A DNA stretch of 64,000 nucleotides, from contig JAFQRL010000047.1 of NCBI GenBank assembly GCA_017410065.1, positions 3,921-67,920 on the forward strand, in the 5' to 3' direction. Each line of letters begins with the position of its first letter. Position 1 is the first letter of the stretch. Of the stretch, positions 8,250 to 19,020 are shown one piece after another. The DNA is from Clostridia bacterium (GTDB lineage Bacteria; Bacillota; Clostridia; Oscillospirales; CAG-272). The notes under the pieces are model-generated. The model ran no database searches, was not told where the DNA came from, and saw only the letters and a list, made by a program, of their open reading frames with translations. Position numbers and translations under genes: made by a program.

Positions 8250-11200
8250 TCAGGACACGTCTTGGCGCTTACGGCTCCTTGCAGCTTGACGGGGAGATCA
8301 AAAAGACCGTCGAAGACGGCACACAGGGCTATCTTATCGTTCCCGAGCAGGACACGGTTATGCGTGAGTCTGCCGCGGCGAGCATACTTCCCTCCTCATC
8401 TCCGCTTACCTTCGAGGTAACGAACTTCACAAGGTTTGCAAACTCCACCTTCCGCGCCCTTGGCGGACTTGCGGGCGAATACTGCGATAAAAAGAGACGC
8501 TCTCTCGTTATGTGGCAAGCACTCACCGAACTCTCCCCCCATCTTTCAGTCACCGCGGGCAAATCGGAGATAAATGCGGGACTTGTGGATCGGGCAACGG
8601 CGGCTATCGGAGATCTCCGAGCCGCAGGCATATCTCCCGAGGAGCTCACAGAGGCATACAGGCAGAGCACCGCTCTCACAGATAAAAGACTTAAAGCAAA
8701 GCTCACCGACCTTGAGCTTATCTACACCCTTTATAAAAAGCTTCTTCTGGAGAAATATTCCGCCACAGGCGACGATTACGACGCTATGATCTCAAGGCTT
8801 AAGGATAACAGAGACTTCCTGCGCGGCGCAAGGATCTTTATTAACGGCTTCAATTCCTTCACCGAGCCCCAATACAAGCTGATAGGGCTTCTTTCCGAGC
8901 GCGCGGAGGTTAGCGTTTATATTCCTCTGCCCAAGGGATGCGAGGATGCTTTTGAATACACCGAGGTTGCGGCGGCACAGGAAAACCTTAAGGCGGCGGC
9001 TCGCCGCGCTATGGCAGACGTACAGATAAAATATGATATTCAAAGCCTTGGTACACCCGAAGCGATCTACGGCATAGCAGACGAACTTTGGCGTAAAAAT
9101 ACGAATTTTGACTATAATAGTTTACAAAATAACCACATTATAAGAATATTTGAAGCCGACTCCCCCTTTGATATGTGTGATTTCATTGCGGCAGATATCA
9201 AGCGGCGAGTGATGGCGGGAGCCTCATATTCGGATTTCGCGATCATCGCGCGCCGAGCCGAAAGCTACCGCGGAATGATAGATACATCTCTCTCCGACGC
9301 GGGCATACCTGGCTTTATTTCCTACGGCAGAGACGCAGGCGAATTTGAAGCTATCAAGCTTATCTACACCGCCTATGCGGCTATTCGCTCCCGCTTTGCA
9401 AGAGAAGACGTTATCACCTATGCGAAGTGCGGACTCGTGGGTGTTTCACGAGACGAGTGCGACGAATTTGAAAGCTACGTTAACACCTGGCGACTCAGCG
9501 GCGGTGCGTTCACCTCTGGAGTTCTCTGGAATATGAGCCCCAAGGGCTACGACACCGACAAAAGAGGAGACACCGCCGAGCGGCTTCTTCGCATAAACGC
9601 CACAAGGGACAAGCTCATCTCTCCTCTGCTCGCCTTCAAGGAATCGATCGAAAGTGCTAAAACCGTAAAGGAGCACGCGGAGGCGTTGCTCGGATTTCTC
9701 CTTTCCCTAGGTCTTGAGGAGCTCCTTTCCGACAGAGCAAGAAAGCTTTCCTCCCTCGGCGAGGAGGCTCAGGCAGAGGACAATACAAGGCTTTGGGGCA
9801 TAATTTGCGACACCCTCGACACCTTGGTTGAGGTCAGCGGCGACCGCCCCTCTGATGCCGAAGCCTTTCTCGGGCAATTCAAGCTGCTCATCTCCGGTGA
9901 GACCATCGGGAAGATCCCCTCGTATATCGACACGGTAACAGTAGGTTCTGCCGATATGCTCAGGCTTCGCGGAAAGAAGCACGTTTATCTTATGGGTGCT
10001 AACGCGGGCGAGCTCCCCTCGGCGGCAAGCGAGTCCTCTTATTTCAGCGAGCGGGACAAGCTTAAGCTTTGCGAGCTTGGTCTTCCCCTATCTCCCGAGG
10101 CGGAAAAGCTTGGGGCAAGAGAGCTCTTTATTGTGAGCCGCGCTATGTGCTATGCAGGCGAGAGCCTCACCATTCTATATTCAAGGACAAATAACCGCTT
10201 CAAGGCGATAGAGCCCTCGCCGATCATAGAGAAGATCGTGAAGATGACGGACGGCAGGATCTCCCCCATCAAGATCTCCTCTCTCCCTGTGGCGGATAGG
10301 CTATGGTCTGCCGAGGCAGCTTTGAGATGCTCACCCGAGGCGGCACCCGAGGACTACTCCTCCATTCGCACAGCACTTAAGCTTTGCGGTCACACCTCCC
10401 GCCTTGCCATCGGCGAGGGCGATATAACCAACGGAAATATGGCACTTGGGGAGGAGCTCTGCCGCGAGATCTATTCGGGCGAGATGATCCTATCCCAGTC
10501 GAAGCTGGACAAATTCCTCGGCTGCCCTATGTCATATTTCTGCAAGTACACCGCAAGACTTTCCGGCGAGGTGGTTGCCGAATTTGACGCATCGAAGATC
10601 GGCTCCTTCATTCACTCCATTCTTGAAAACTTCTTCGCCGAGCTGACGAGAAAAAATATCTCCGCAGCAAGCCTCACCGAGGACGAGCGCAAGGCTCTCA
10701 CTCTTGACGTTGCGAAAAAGTATATCTCCTCTCTTGGAGAGGACCCCTCCTCGCCCATTACCGAGATCAAGCTCAAAAGGCTTTGCCGCGCGGCGCAGCC
10801 CGTGGTGGAGGGTCTTTGCGAGGAGCTTTCGGGTAGCGGCTTTACCCCAAGGCTCTTTGAGCTCAATATCACGGATAAGCGGGAGGATTGCCCCTCGCCA
10901 TTGAAAATTGTCAGCCCCGACGGCAGAGAGATCAGCATCGGCGGTGCGATAGACAGAGTGGACACCTTTGAGGAGGACGGCAAGGTTTACGTCAGGGTCA
11001 TAGACTATAAAACAGGTCAAAAATCCTTCAGCCCCGACGATCTCGGAAAGGGCAAAAATCTTCAGATGTTCCTTTATCTCGACGCAATACTTTCATCCGA
11101 TAGCGAAAGCTTCAAGAGGCGTCTCGGTGCAGAGGGCAAGGAGCTCTTGCCCGCAGGCGTTATATACGTTAAGACCTCCGTTGCCGACGTTAAGGTCACA

Positions 11201-11542
11201 AGCTCAAGCGACGCCCTTGCAAACACAGCCGTCAAGGAAGCTCAGCAAAGAGAAGGTATGGTTCTCGACGATGAAAAGGTCATCTCGGCTATGGGTCTCC
11301 GATACACCCCTCTTTATAACCCCAAAAAGCCAAATGAAGTCCCCGATAAAAAAAGAGCACTCCTTTTCACCGAGAGCGGCTTTGAGGCTCTTATGGATAC
11401 GGTGCGCGACTCGGTTGGCAGAATGGCAGACGATATAGCGCGCGGAAATGCTAGCGCAACTCCTAACGTGGAGGGCAAAAGGTCGCCCTGCGATTGGTGC
11501 GAATTCAAGCCGATCTGCCGCAAGATCGTTCAAGGAAAATAA
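8237..11542 (+). CDS. addB: helicase-nuclease AddAB subunit B (AddB/RexB type)
   Basis: The protein is 1101 aa. The C-terminal PD-(D/E)XK block reads GAIDRVD...VRVIDYKTG. Fe-S cysteines are present (CPMSYFC ... CDWCEFKPIC). The N-terminal Walker A position is degenerate (RLGAYGSLQL). Confidence 0.85.
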   Translation: MLRIIRTRLGAYGSLQLDGEIKKTVEDGTQGYLIVPEQDTVMRESAAASILPSSSPLTFEVTNFTRFANSTFRALGGLAGEYCDKKRRSLVMWQALTELSPHLSVTAGKSEINAGLVDRATAAIGDLRAAGISPEELTEAYRQSTALTDKRLKAKLTDLELIYTLYKKLLLEKYSATGDDYDAMISRLKDNRDFLRGARIFINGFNSFTEPQYKLIGLLSERAEVSVYIPLPKGCEDAFEYTEVAAAQENLKAAARRAMADVQIKYDIQSLGTPEAIYGIADELWRKNTNFDYNSLQNNHIIRIFEADSPFDMCDFIAADIKRRVMAGASYSDFAIIARRAESYRGMIDTSLSDAGIPGFISYGRDAGEFEAIKLIYTAYAAIRSRFAREDVITYAKCGLVGVSRDECDEFESYVNTWRLSGGAFTSGVLWNMSPKGYDTDKRGDTAERLLRINATRDKLISPLLAFKESIESAKTVKEHAEALLGFLLSLGLEELLSDRARKLSSLGEEAQAEDNTRLWGIICDTLDTLVEVSGDRPSDAEAFLGQFKLLISGETIGKIPSYIDTVTVGSADMLRLRGKKHVYLMGANAGELPSAASESSYFSERDKLKLCELGLPLSPEAEKLGARELFIVSRAMCYAGESLTILYSRTNNRFKAIEPSPIIEKIVKMTDGRISPIKISSLPVADRLWSAEAALRCSPEAAPEDYSSIRTALKLCGHTSRLAIGEGDITNGNMALGEELCREIYSGEMILSQSKLDKFLGCPMSYFCKYTARLSGEVVAEFDASKIGSFIHSILENFFAELTRKNISAASLTEDERKALTLDVAKKYISSLGEDPSSPITEIKLKRLCRAAQPVVEGLCEELSGSGFTPRLFELNITDKREDCPSPLKIVSPDGREISIGGAIDRVDTFEEDGKVYVRVIDYKTGQKSFSPDDLGKGKNLQMFLYLDAILSSDSESFKRRLGAEGKELLPAGVIYVKTSVADVKVTSSSDALANTAVKEAQQREGMVLDDEKVISAMGLRYTPLYNPKKPNEVPDKKRALLFTESGFEALMDTVRDSVGRMADDIARGNASATPNVEGKRSPCDWCEFKPICRKIVQGK

Positions 11543-11560
11543 GCAAAAAATACAAAAAAA

Positions 11561-11598
11561 CAGGCTGAAATGTAAATCATAGTTTGCATTTTAGCCTG
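11561..11598 (-). terminator. intrinsic terminator downstream of the carD-like gene (also closes addB)
   Basis: The stem pairs CAGGCTGAAATG with CATTTTAGCCTG (1 mismatch). The A-run at 11545-11560 becomes a T-run on the minus strand. Confidence 0.6.
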
Positions 11599-11657
11599 AT
11601 CAATATTAATATAATAGGTTTTACGGTGTTTGAAAAATTATGTTTTTTAGCACCGTT

Positions 11658-12158
11658 TTATTTATTTGCACGAATAAAATCGGCAACCTCCTCCTCGGGG
11701 ATACCGAGCACAAGAGAAAATTCGGAATAGAGCACGTGCTCCGCCTTTTGCATTGCCGCCTCATCCACAAGATAATTCTTCTTGCCCTCCTCCTCGCGGC
11801 GGATACCGCTTGAATAGATGGACTTGATCATTGCGATGATCGCTCTGTGGTCTCCCGACTCAATTACCCTTTTGAAGCCATCCTGACGGCGGCGGCTATC
11901 CTGTATCCATTCAGCCTCAGCAATAGAATCAATATCCTTGATGATCGCAAGCACCTCGCCCTTTGAGAGAAGCGGGCGCATAGCCGACGTAAGCTTTTCA
12001 TTATCAACAGGCACGAAGGTGAGAGAGCCCTTGCTATCCCGTGGCGCCTTCAGAACGTAATATCTGCGAGAGACGTCCGCGATGGTCTCCTCTCTGATAT
12101 CAACGACCGACATAACGCCGCTCGCTCCGTACACTACATTTTCACCGATGCTATACAT
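11658..12158 (-). CDS. CarD/CdnL-family RNA-polymerase-binding transcription factor
   Basis: The N-terminus MYSIGENVVYGASGVMSVVDIREETIADVSRRYYVLKAP is a typical CarD_CdnL_TRCF domain. The protein is 166 aa. Confidence 0.85.
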   Translation of the reverse strand: MYSIGENVVYGASGVMSVVDIREETIADVSRRYYVLKAPRDSKGSLTFVPVDNEKLTSAMRPLLSKGEVLAIIKDIDSIAEAEWIQDSRRRQDGFKRVIESGDHRAIIAMIKSIYSSGIRREEEGKKNYLVDEAAMQKAEHVLYSEFSLVLGIPEEEVADFIRANK

Positions 12159-12480
12159 TTTGTTTTCCTCCGTGAGTCACGACTCGCATTATACCGTCCT
12201 TGCTTAAGAAACAAGCGAGCGCGGAGTTGTTTTTCAGGTTGCAGAGCGCAAAGGCAACGTCTCTTGCACCCATTCTTTTACCTATCTTATTTTACCATAT
12301 TTTGACCTTTAAATTCAAGGGGCAAAGTGCACAAATAAAAACATTTTATTTGTGTTTTTATGAGAAAACCGACCATAGCCGCAGTCCCAAAGCTTTAAAA
12401 CCGAGCGCACATATCCGAGGTATATTCTCCCTTCTCCTTGACCCCTGCAAAAGTGCTTACAGATCAAATTCATAAAAAAA

Positions 12481-12511
12481 GCTCCCCTGCGCCAAGATGG
12501 CACAGGGGAGC
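12481..12511 (-). terminator. intrinsic terminator for the 12659..14059 gene
   Basis: A perfect 9-bp stem GCTCCCCTG/CAGGGGAGC is preceded on the plus strand by AAAAAAA, which is a T-run on the minus strand. Confidence 0.7.
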
Positions 12512-12658
12512 AAAGCTTATTCGGGTTATAAAATAAAGCTTATTCGGGTTATAAAATAAAATTCGGGACGGTGCTCAACAAAAAGCAGACCTTCATAAGT
12601 AAATTAGCAGAGCCTTAATCAAAGCCACCGCAAACCCGATCGAAGCTCGTCGCGACTA

Positions 12659-14059
12659 TCAAAGCTCGCCGCGAGCCACCTTTTCCTTATTTGCCCTTAT
12701 CTCTCTTGCAAAGGGCGTGTCGTAATTATAATAATATTCGTCTCCGGGATATTCGTTCACCTTGGGATATTGCTCCGCCGTCTTGATAAGATAATTGAAG
12801 AGCTCGCCGTCCGCCTCGGTGAAAACGGGAATTTTGGGGATACCAAGCATATCGCAAACGTTTGGAATAACGCCATTCAAGGCTATGGTGCAGCCGTTTA
12901 TATCATCGTCATAAACACGAAGTCCAACCGCCATTCCCTGGGAAACTCCGCCGCTTTTGCTACCGTATTCGTGGTAGCGATAAACGCCCTCGTGCTCGGT
13001 TGACCGACAGCAAAGAACCTTCTCTCGGGTCCTTCTTAAAAGCTCGGGAGCAGATCTTATAAGCTGTGCACGCAACTGTTCGCACCGCTCCTCACCACTG
13101 GTCTTGCTAACGCTTCTGAGAAGGTTGCAGATCGTGACGAGGGGGTTATAGAATTGGCAAACAAAGGTTATCTTCTGATCTGAAAGAGCCGCGCTGATGG
13201 TGCTCTCAAGCGCCTTTTCTGCTCTGGGGATCGGAATACCGAAGGAGGAATAAATAAGACCAAGCTTCATCAGTCCGTTCACAGAATCATAGTTCACGAC
13301 CTGCTGCCAAAGACCGTTATCCTCCCGCTGATTTTCCTCAAGCCAATCCATCAGGATCTTAATATACTCACTTCCCGCGGCACGGATCTCGGGTGCCTGC
13401 GCCTGAAGCTGATTACCGATGAAATAGGATGCCCTCGAAAGATCTCTTTCGGCAAGGTACGAGCGGAATTTTTCGGGGTCGCAAAGATGCTCGGGGAGAG
13501 CTGAGGACTTCTCGCCATCCTCACTGTTTGCCTCCTTAAGCCTATCTATCGCTGTCGGATAGGGCGCTCTTGCACCAAGCTCCGAGAGCATACCCGTTGC
13601 CCAGGAAATATCTCTGCCTCGGCGCGAAATAGTTATAGCCTTGCCCCATTGGGGATGATAGAAGTAGCCGTCCCTCGGGTCCTCAAGCGAGCAAACGAAG
13701 CCGCAAAGCTTTTTCTTCATATCGACGCTGATACCCGATGCATAGCCCTTGCCGCCGAACATACCGTTGCTTGCAAGGCATCTGAGTGCCTGCGCGGTGG
13801 ACTCAATATCGGGTAAGAGCCCCTTTGTGTCCCTTCCCGATTCGGAGAAATAAAAGCCGCCGATCTCGGGATCCCAAAGTCCCGCAAGCCAGATATAGAT
13901 ACGCTCGTCGTAAAGCGCGTAAAGGTCTCGCAGGGCATCTGTCGCCTCCTTGCCGAGCTTCTTTTCGGCAGCCGCAAAATGCGTCTTTTGTACCTCGCGC
14001 CTTGCCGCTCTGCACCTATCAAGCATTTCGGCAGGTATTCTCTCCATCACCTTTTTCAT
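12659..14059 (-). CDS. hypothetical protein (possibly alpha/alpha-toroid, prenyltransferase/terpene-cyclase-like fold)
   Basis: The track ORF is 12659..14107. The ATG at 14059 has a GAGG RBS (MKKVMERIPAEML...). I recognise no catalytic motif. WDPEIGGFYFSESG and STAQALRCLASNGMF are reminiscent of toroid repeats only. Confidence 0.5.
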   Translation of the reverse strand: MKKVMERIPAEMLDRCRAARREVQKTHFAAAEKKLGKEATDALRDLYALYDERIYIWLAGLWDPEIGGFYFSESGRDTKGLLPDIESTAQALRCLASNGMFGGKGYASGISVDMKKKLCGFVCSLEDPRDGYFYHPQWGKAITISRRGRDISWATGMLSELGARAPYPTAIDRLKEANSEDGEKSSALPEHLCDPEKFRSYLAERDLSRASYFIGNQLQAQAPEIRAAGSEYIKILMDWLEENQREDNGLWQQVVNYDSVNGLMKLGLIYSSFGIPIPRAEKALESTISAALSDQKITFVCQFYNPLVTICNLLRSVSKTSGEERCEQLRAQLIRSAPELLRRTREKVLCCRSTEHEGVYRYHEYGSKSGGVSQGMAVGLRVYDDDINGCTIALNGVIPNVCDMLGIPKIPVFTEADGELFNYLIKTAEQYPKVNEYPGDEYYYNYDTPFAREIRANKEKVARGEL

Positions 14060-14172
14060 AATAGTACCTCTGAAAATTAACCAAGATTTTTTGCTCGGCT
14101 TAAGCAAGTCGCCCTAGCCGCATTGCGAATTTTTGCACTATTTGTAAATAATTATTTACAAAAACCATTGAT

Positions 14173-15198
14173 TTAGAAATTATAATCGGGCTTTACAGGC
14201 AAGCCTCCAAGCCTTGCCGACTCCACCGCCGCAAGTCCGACCGCAACGGTTTTTGCCCCCTCAAGCGCATCGCAGGAAATGGGCGTTCCGTCAAGGATAG
14301 CCGAACAAAGCTCCTCGATCTCGCTCTCAACGTTATGCCCCTCGGAAAAGGAGATCGGGATATAAAGCTCATCAAACTCGTGGGATATATCAAAATCGGC
14401 CTTGGGCTTATGAAGCATCATACCGTTGGTTTTAGACATACATTCAAGAGTCGCCTTCGTGCCCGAATATATTGCGCTCATAACGTATTTTCTTTGAATA
14501 CCGATACTGTTGGTAACTCTGGCGATCGCTCCGCTCGGCATCTTCATCAATGCCACGGTGCAGTCGTCCACGGGCCAATCCTTAAGAGCTATATGATTTG
14601 ATATAGCGATAACCTCCGTTGGATCCTCGCCCATCGTCCATCTGAGAATATCTATGGCGTGGCAACCGCCGCCGATTATCGGGTAGCGAAGATTAACAGG
14701 ATCTCTGCGCCACTCGGGCTTAAGATGAGAATAATTATGAGAATATTCAAGCTCCGCCTGGAATATCTCGCCAAGCTCTCCGCTCTTTATCATCTCTCTC
14801 GCCGTGCTGAAGCACTCCGCCTTTCTCAAGGACTGACCGCAGGAAAAGCATCTTCCCGTTTTTCTTTGAGCCTCAACTATCCTTTTGCAGTCCTCGCGAT
14901 TGAGCGCAAGCGGCTTTTCGCAAAATACGTGATAGCCCGCCTCCATTGCCGCGACTGCTATTTCCGCGTGAGCCTGATCCTGTACGGCTATCGTTATCGC
15001 GTCGAAGCCTCCGTCCTCCAGCATTTCCTTATAGTCGGTGTAATAGGTACAACCGAAGGTGTCTGCCCAATTCATTGCGCGACTTTGTATCACGTCGCAG
15101 ACGGCGACCAGCTCTCCTCTTTCGGAGCATTTTATTGCAGAGGCGTGTCTTCTGCCAAATCCGCCAACGCCGATGACCGCAAATCTTACCTTTTTCAT
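14173..15198 (-). CDS. Gfo/Idh/MocA-family NAD(P)-dependent oxidoreductase
   Basis: The N-terminal Rossmann segment reads MKKVRFAVIGVGGFGRRHA. The EKP motif (VFCEKPLAL) is present. The protein is 341 aa. Confidence 0.85.
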   Translation of the reverse strand: MKKVRFAVIGVGGFGRRHASAIKCSERGELVAVCDVIQSRAMNWADTFGCTYYTDYKEMLEDGGFDAITIAVQDQAHAEIAVAAMEAGYHVFCEKPLALNREDCKRIVEAQRKTGRCFSCGQSLRKAECFSTAREMIKSGELGEIFQAELEYSHNYSHLKPEWRRDPVNLRYPIIGGGCHAIDILRWTMGEDPTEVIAISNHIALKDWPVDDCTVALMKMPSGAIARVTNSIGIQRKYVMSAIYSGTKATLECMSKTNGMMLHKPKADFDISHEFDELYIPISFSEGHNVESEIEELCSAILDGTPISCDALEGAKTVAVGLAAVESARLGGLPVKPDYNF

Positions 15199-15326
15199 AA
15201 TGCTCCTCCCTTATCGTTTTCTGTGTTTAGTTTATCATAAACAGAGGAAATGTCAAGTAGTTTTTTGAATTTCATACGAATATTTTTCGTAAGGTATAAA
15301 ATTATTATTCATTAGGTATAAAATAA

Positions 15327-15360
15327 GACCCAAGAGAGAAAATCCATACTCTCTTGGGTC
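15327..15360 (-). terminator. intrinsic terminator after infB
   Basis: A perfect 12-bp stem GACCCAAGAGAG/CTCTCTTGGGTC is followed by a T-rich tract on the minus strand. A second GC hairpin lies at ~15365-15382. Confidence 0.75.
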
Positions 15361-15434
15361 TTCTGCCGCCCTCGGGGCGGTGTGCTTTATTGCTTATTTT
15401 TCGGAAGTGTGGGCTCTTTCCGATGGGGATTGGA

Positions 15435-18365
15435 TCAGTCCTTGACCTCCTCCATAACGAACGCCTCAAGGGTATCTCCCTCGCGGATATCGTTGAACTT
15501 CTCGATGCCAACACCGCACTCATAGCCCTCTGCAACCTCGCGGACGTCGTCCTTGAAGCGGCGAAGCGATGCGATCTTATCCTCGAAGATAACTATACCG
15601 TCACGCACGATACGGATCTGCGCGTTTCTCGTGATCTTACCGTCCTGAATATAGCATCCTGCGATAATGCCGACTCCGGGCACCTTGATGGTCTGTCTGA
15701 CCTCTGCGTGACCGAGAAGCACCTCCTTGAAGGTGGGCGCAAGCATACCCTTCATTGCCGCCTCGATCTCGTCTATGATCTCATAGATGATCCTGTGGCA
15801 ACGGATATCAACGTTGTTTCTCTCTGCGGAATCAAGCGCGTTCTTATCGGGGCGGACGTTGAAGCCCACGATGATAGCGTTTGAAGCGGTAGCGAGCATA
15901 ACGTCGCTCTCTGTGATACCGCCGACAGCCGAGTGAATAACCGCAACCTTGACCTCGTCGTTGGAAAGCTTAAGGAGCGACGCCTTAACAGCCTCCACCG
16001 AGCCTGCAACGTCTGCCTTAACGACTATATTGAGGGTCTGAACGCCTGCGGCGATCTGACCGAAGAGCTCGTCAAGATTAACTCTTGCGTTAGCGGCGAG
16101 GATCTCCTGGCGCTGCTTATCGCGGCGCTGCTCTGCAAGATCCTTTGCCATTCTCTCGTTCTCAACTGCGTTGAGCTCGTCACCTGCCTGCGGAACGTCG
16201 TCAAGACCGATGATCTCAACGGGAACCGAGGGGCCTGCAACCTTGGCGGTCTTGCCCTTATCGTCAACCATTGCTCTCACACGGCCAACCGCGTTACCAA
16301 CGATAACGTAGTCTCCCTGATGGAGAGTACCGTTCTGAACAAGGACTGTGGCAACGGGACCTCTGCCCTTATCAAGCTTGGACTCGATAACGATACCCTT
16401 TGCGCGACGCTTGGGGTTAGCCTTAAGCTCCTTGACCTCGGCAACGAGAAGAACGCTTTCAAGAAGGTCCTCCATACCGAGACCTGTGTGAGCCGAAACG
16501 GGAACGCAGATAACGTCACCGCCCCACGCCTCGGGAACAAGCTCATACTGGGTGAGCTGATTGAGAACGTTATCGGGATTTGCGGTGGGCTTATCCATTT
16601 TGTTGATCGCTACTATAATATCAATTCCTGCCGCCTTTGCGTGGTTGATAGCCTCAACCGTCTGGGGCATAACGCCGTCGTCTGCCGCAACAACGAGAAT
16701 TGCTATATCTGTGGACTTTGCTCCGCGCATACGCATTGCTGTGAACGCCTCGTGACCGGGGGTATCAAGGAAGGTGATATCCTTGCCGTTTACCTTAACT
16801 CTGTATGCACCGATAGCCTGGGTGATACCGCCCGCCTCGCCGCGGGTTACGTTTGTGTGCCTGATGGCGTCAAGAATAGAGGTCTTACCGTGGTCAACGT
16901 GACCCATAACGCAAACGACGGGAGCTCTCTCCTCAAGGTCTGCATCGGTGTCCTCCGCCTCTGTGAAGAGCTTTTCCTCGATGGTGACGACCACCTCTTT
17001 AGTTACCTTTGCGCCAAACTCATCCGCGATAAGCTCTGCGGTTGCGTAATCGATGGTGTCGTTAAGACCCTTCATCTCGCCCATAAACATAAGCTTCTTG
17101 ATGACCTCACCCGCAGACTTCTTAAGTCTCGCGGAGAATTCGACCACCGTGATCTCATCGGGAACGGTGAATTCAAGCTGCTTATTTCTTGCGCGCTCTG
17201 CCTCAAGTCTCTTGATCTTTTCCTGTGCCGCGCGCTCCTTATCCTTTGCGCTCTTCTGGTTCTGACCCTTGTTATCCTGCTTCTTGAGCTTCTGCTTGGA
17301 GCTCTTGCTGTCGGTGCCGTTGAGGATCGCGTAATACTGATCGTTGTATCTGTCGTCGTACTTGGAAAGATCAACGTCGGTGGTTCTCATATCAACGACA
17401 CGGGTCTTGCCGCGAGTATCGGAGGAGGAATAGTCGCCGCCGATATTAACTCCGCCCTTAACGTTGGATTTATCAATGGTGGGAGTGATCGTCTTGAACT
17501 GCTGCTTCTGCGCCTTCTTTTCTTCCTTCTTGGGCTTCTCTGCCTGAGGCTTTGCCTCTGCCCTCTGCTTTTCAAGCTTCTGCGCCTTTTCTATCTGCGC
17601 CTGCTGTGCGGGGCGGACTGTGTTTTGCGCGGGCTGTGCAACAGATGCCGCCTTGGGAGCTGCTGGCTGTGCCACAGGTGCCGCTTTCTGGTTATTATTC
17701 AACACGGGGGTGGGCTTTTGCTGCTCGGGACGCTTGCCGCCGTCGTGCTTCTGCCACTCCGAATTGGGGTTACGGAAGCCCTGCGCCGCTCTCTGCATAT
17801 TATCAAGCTTCTTGGCGAAGGGGTTCTCCTGGGGAGCCGCGCTATACTTATTGTAGGAGGAATTCTGGGGGCGTTGAGGACGCTGCTGATTATCGCGCCT
17901 ATCGCCTCTGTCGGGTCTCTGCTGTCTATCCTGTGCGCCGACCTGACCTCTTGCGCTCTGTTGAGGCTTCTGCTCGGGGCGGGAGGGTCTTGCCTCTGCC
18001 TTTGCCTCGGGTCTTGCCTCTGCCTTGGGAGCGGGCTTTACCTCGGGCTTTACCTCTGCCTTGGGTACAGGCTTCTCCTCGGGCTTTACCTCGGGGGTGG
18101 GCTCGGGCTTCTTTGCCTCCGCCTTTGCCTTCTTCTCCTTGGCGATAATTTTATTCTTACCGCTTCTGTAGCCTTCAAGATCCTTGATCATATGAGAGGA
18201 GGTGAGGCTCTGAACGAGAATATCAAACTCCTCGCTATCGATAGAGCCGCCGCTTGACTTCTCTATTCCAAGCCCCTTATAAAAATCAAGTATATCTTTG
18301 CTTTTTATGTCAAAATCCGTGCAAATCTGTTTAATCTTTATCGGAAACGTTGCCATAAGGTTCAC
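15435..18365 (-). CDS. infB: translation initiation factor IF-2
   Basis: The G-domain reads [27 protein letters not shown] and NKMD. The N-terminus has a long P/E/K/A/Q low-complexity region. The start is either GTG at 18365 or ATG at 18356. Confidence 0.95.
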   Translation of the reverse strand: MNLMATFPIKIKQICTDFDIKSKDILDFYKGLGIEKSSGGSIDSEEFDILVQSLTSSHMIKDLEGYRSGKNKIIAKEKKAKAEAKKPEPTPEVKPEEKPVPKAEVKPEVKPAPKAEARPEAKAEARPSRPEQKPQQSARGQVGAQDRQQRPDRGDRRDNQQRPQRPQNSSYNKYSAAPQENPFAKKLDNMQRAAQGFRNPNSEWQKHDGGKRPEQQKPTPVLNNNQKAAPVAQPAAPKAASVAQPAQNTVRPAQQAQIEKAQKLEKQRAEAKPQAEKPKKEEKKAQKQQFKTITPTIDKSNVKGGVNIGGDYSSSDTRGKTRVVDMRTTDVDLSKYDDRYNDQYYAILNGTDSKSSKQKLKKQDNKGQNQKSAKDKERAAQEKIKRLEAERARNKQLEFTVPDEITVVEFSARLKKSAGEVIKKLMFMGEMKGLNDTIDYATAELIADEFGAKVTKEVVVTIEEKLFTEAEDTDADLEERAPVVCVMGHVDHGKTSILDAIRHTNVTRGEAGGITQAIGAYRVKVNGKDITFLDTPGHEAFTAMRMRGAKSTDIAILVVAADDGVMPQTVEAINHAKAAGIDIIVAINKMDKPTANPDNVLNQLTQYELVPEAWGGDVICVPVSAHTGLGMEDLLESVLLVAEVKELKANPKRRAKGIVIESKLDKGRGPVATVLVQNGTLHQGDYVIVGNAVGRVRAMVDDKGKTAKVAGPSVPVEIIGLDDVPQAGDELNAVENERMAKDLAEQRRDKQRQEILAANARVNLDELFGQIAAGVQTLNIVVKADVAGSVEAVKASLLKLSNDEVKVAVIHSAVGGITESDVMLATASNAIIVGFNVRPDKNALDSAERNNVDIRCHRIIYEIIDEIEAAMKGMLAPTFKEVLLGHAEVRQTIKVPGVGIIAGCYIQDGKITRNAQIRIVRDGIVIFEDKIASLRRFKDDVREVAEGYECGVGIEKFNDIREGDTLEAFVMEEVKD

Positions 18366-18374
18366 CGACTTCCT

Positions 18375-18713
18375 TTACGGAAGCTTCCTTTCTGTTATTT
18401 GCTTGTTGCTACTCTCGCATCGGCTATCAAGAGCCGCCGCTATCTCTTTTGCAAATCCGTCGTCACACACCGCTATCACCGCGGGAGCAAAGCTTTTTCC
18501 GAGCAATGCGCCCAGCTCCTCGGAGGGTATCCCCGAATCCATAAGTGGCAGTCCGTAGAATTCGCATTTTGTGGTAATTTTCTTTTTAGTTCCCTCGGAT
18601 GCGCTCGCCGACAGCAGCACCAGCCTTATTCGGCAGGGTCGCCGTCTCATCTCCGCACAAATGAGCTCCGTGCCAAAAAGCACCTTGCCCGCTCTCATTG
18701 CGAAGCCGAGCAT
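18375..18713 (-). CDS. ylxQ: L7Ae-family RNA-binding protein (YlxQ-like)
   Basis: MLGFAMRAGKVLFGTELICAEM...LVLLSASASEGTKKKI matches the YlxQ pattern, and the gene sits between ylxR and infB. The start is uncertain: ATG at 18713 or an upstream TTG/CTG overlapping the ylxR end. Confidence 0.7.
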   Translation of the reverse strand: MLGFAMRAGKVLFGTELICAEMRRRPCRIRLVLLSASASEGTKKKITTKCEFYGLPLMDSGIPSEELGALLGKSFAPAVIAVCDDGFAKEIAAALDSRCESSNKQITERKLP

Positions 18714-18729
18714 TCCGCGAAAACGAACG

Positions 18730-19017
18730 TCAGCTCTCTTTTCCAACAGCAAGCTCCTCTTCAAGCTTAATGTATACCTCATCGGGTATCTTACATTCAA
18801 GAGACGACTCAAGCCTCTTGGACTTGACCGCCTTCTTAAAGCAAGCAACACTCTTGCAAAGATAAGCACCTCTGCCCGACCGCTTGCCAACAAGATCGAG
18901 AACTATCTCGCCCTCGGGGGTCCTGAGCACTCTTATGAGTGAGCTTTTCGGCAGATGCTCGCCGCAGCCGACGCATCTTCTCGTGGGGATCTTCTTCTGC
19001 TTTACAGCCTGTGCCAT
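18730..19017 (-). CDS. ylxR: YlxR/RnpM (DUF448) RNA-binding protein
   Basis: RRCVGCGEHLPKSSLIRV...GRGAYLC is the conserved YlxR motif. The gene lies immediately after nusA. Confidence 0.9.
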   Translation of the reverse strand: MAQAVKQKKIPTRRCVGCGEHLPKSSLIRVLRTPEGEIVLDLVGKRSGRGAYLCKSVACFKKAVKSKRLESSLECKIPDEVYIKLEEELAVGKES

Positions 19018-19020
19018 AAT

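Noticed and set aside
12514-12559. Perfect 2 x 23-nt tandem duplication (AGCTTATTCGGGTTATAAAATAA) in an intergenic region
   Set aside because: It is a simple local duplication next to a terminator. No ORF, promoter or structure is associated with it, so it is noted only as a repeat.
17400-18150. Low-complexity P/E/K/A/Q repeats in the infB 5' third as a possible insertion or separate feature
   Set aside because: A variable, repetitive N-terminal region is a normal feature of bacterial IF-2. The frame is continuous with the G-domain.
15933-18257. 774-aa ORF on the plus strand opposite infB
   Set aside because: It lies antisense to a gene with unmistakable IF-2 motifs. Its product is a low-complexity L/C/G/R-rich string with no RBS. 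This is a typical shadow ORF in GC-biased coding DNA.
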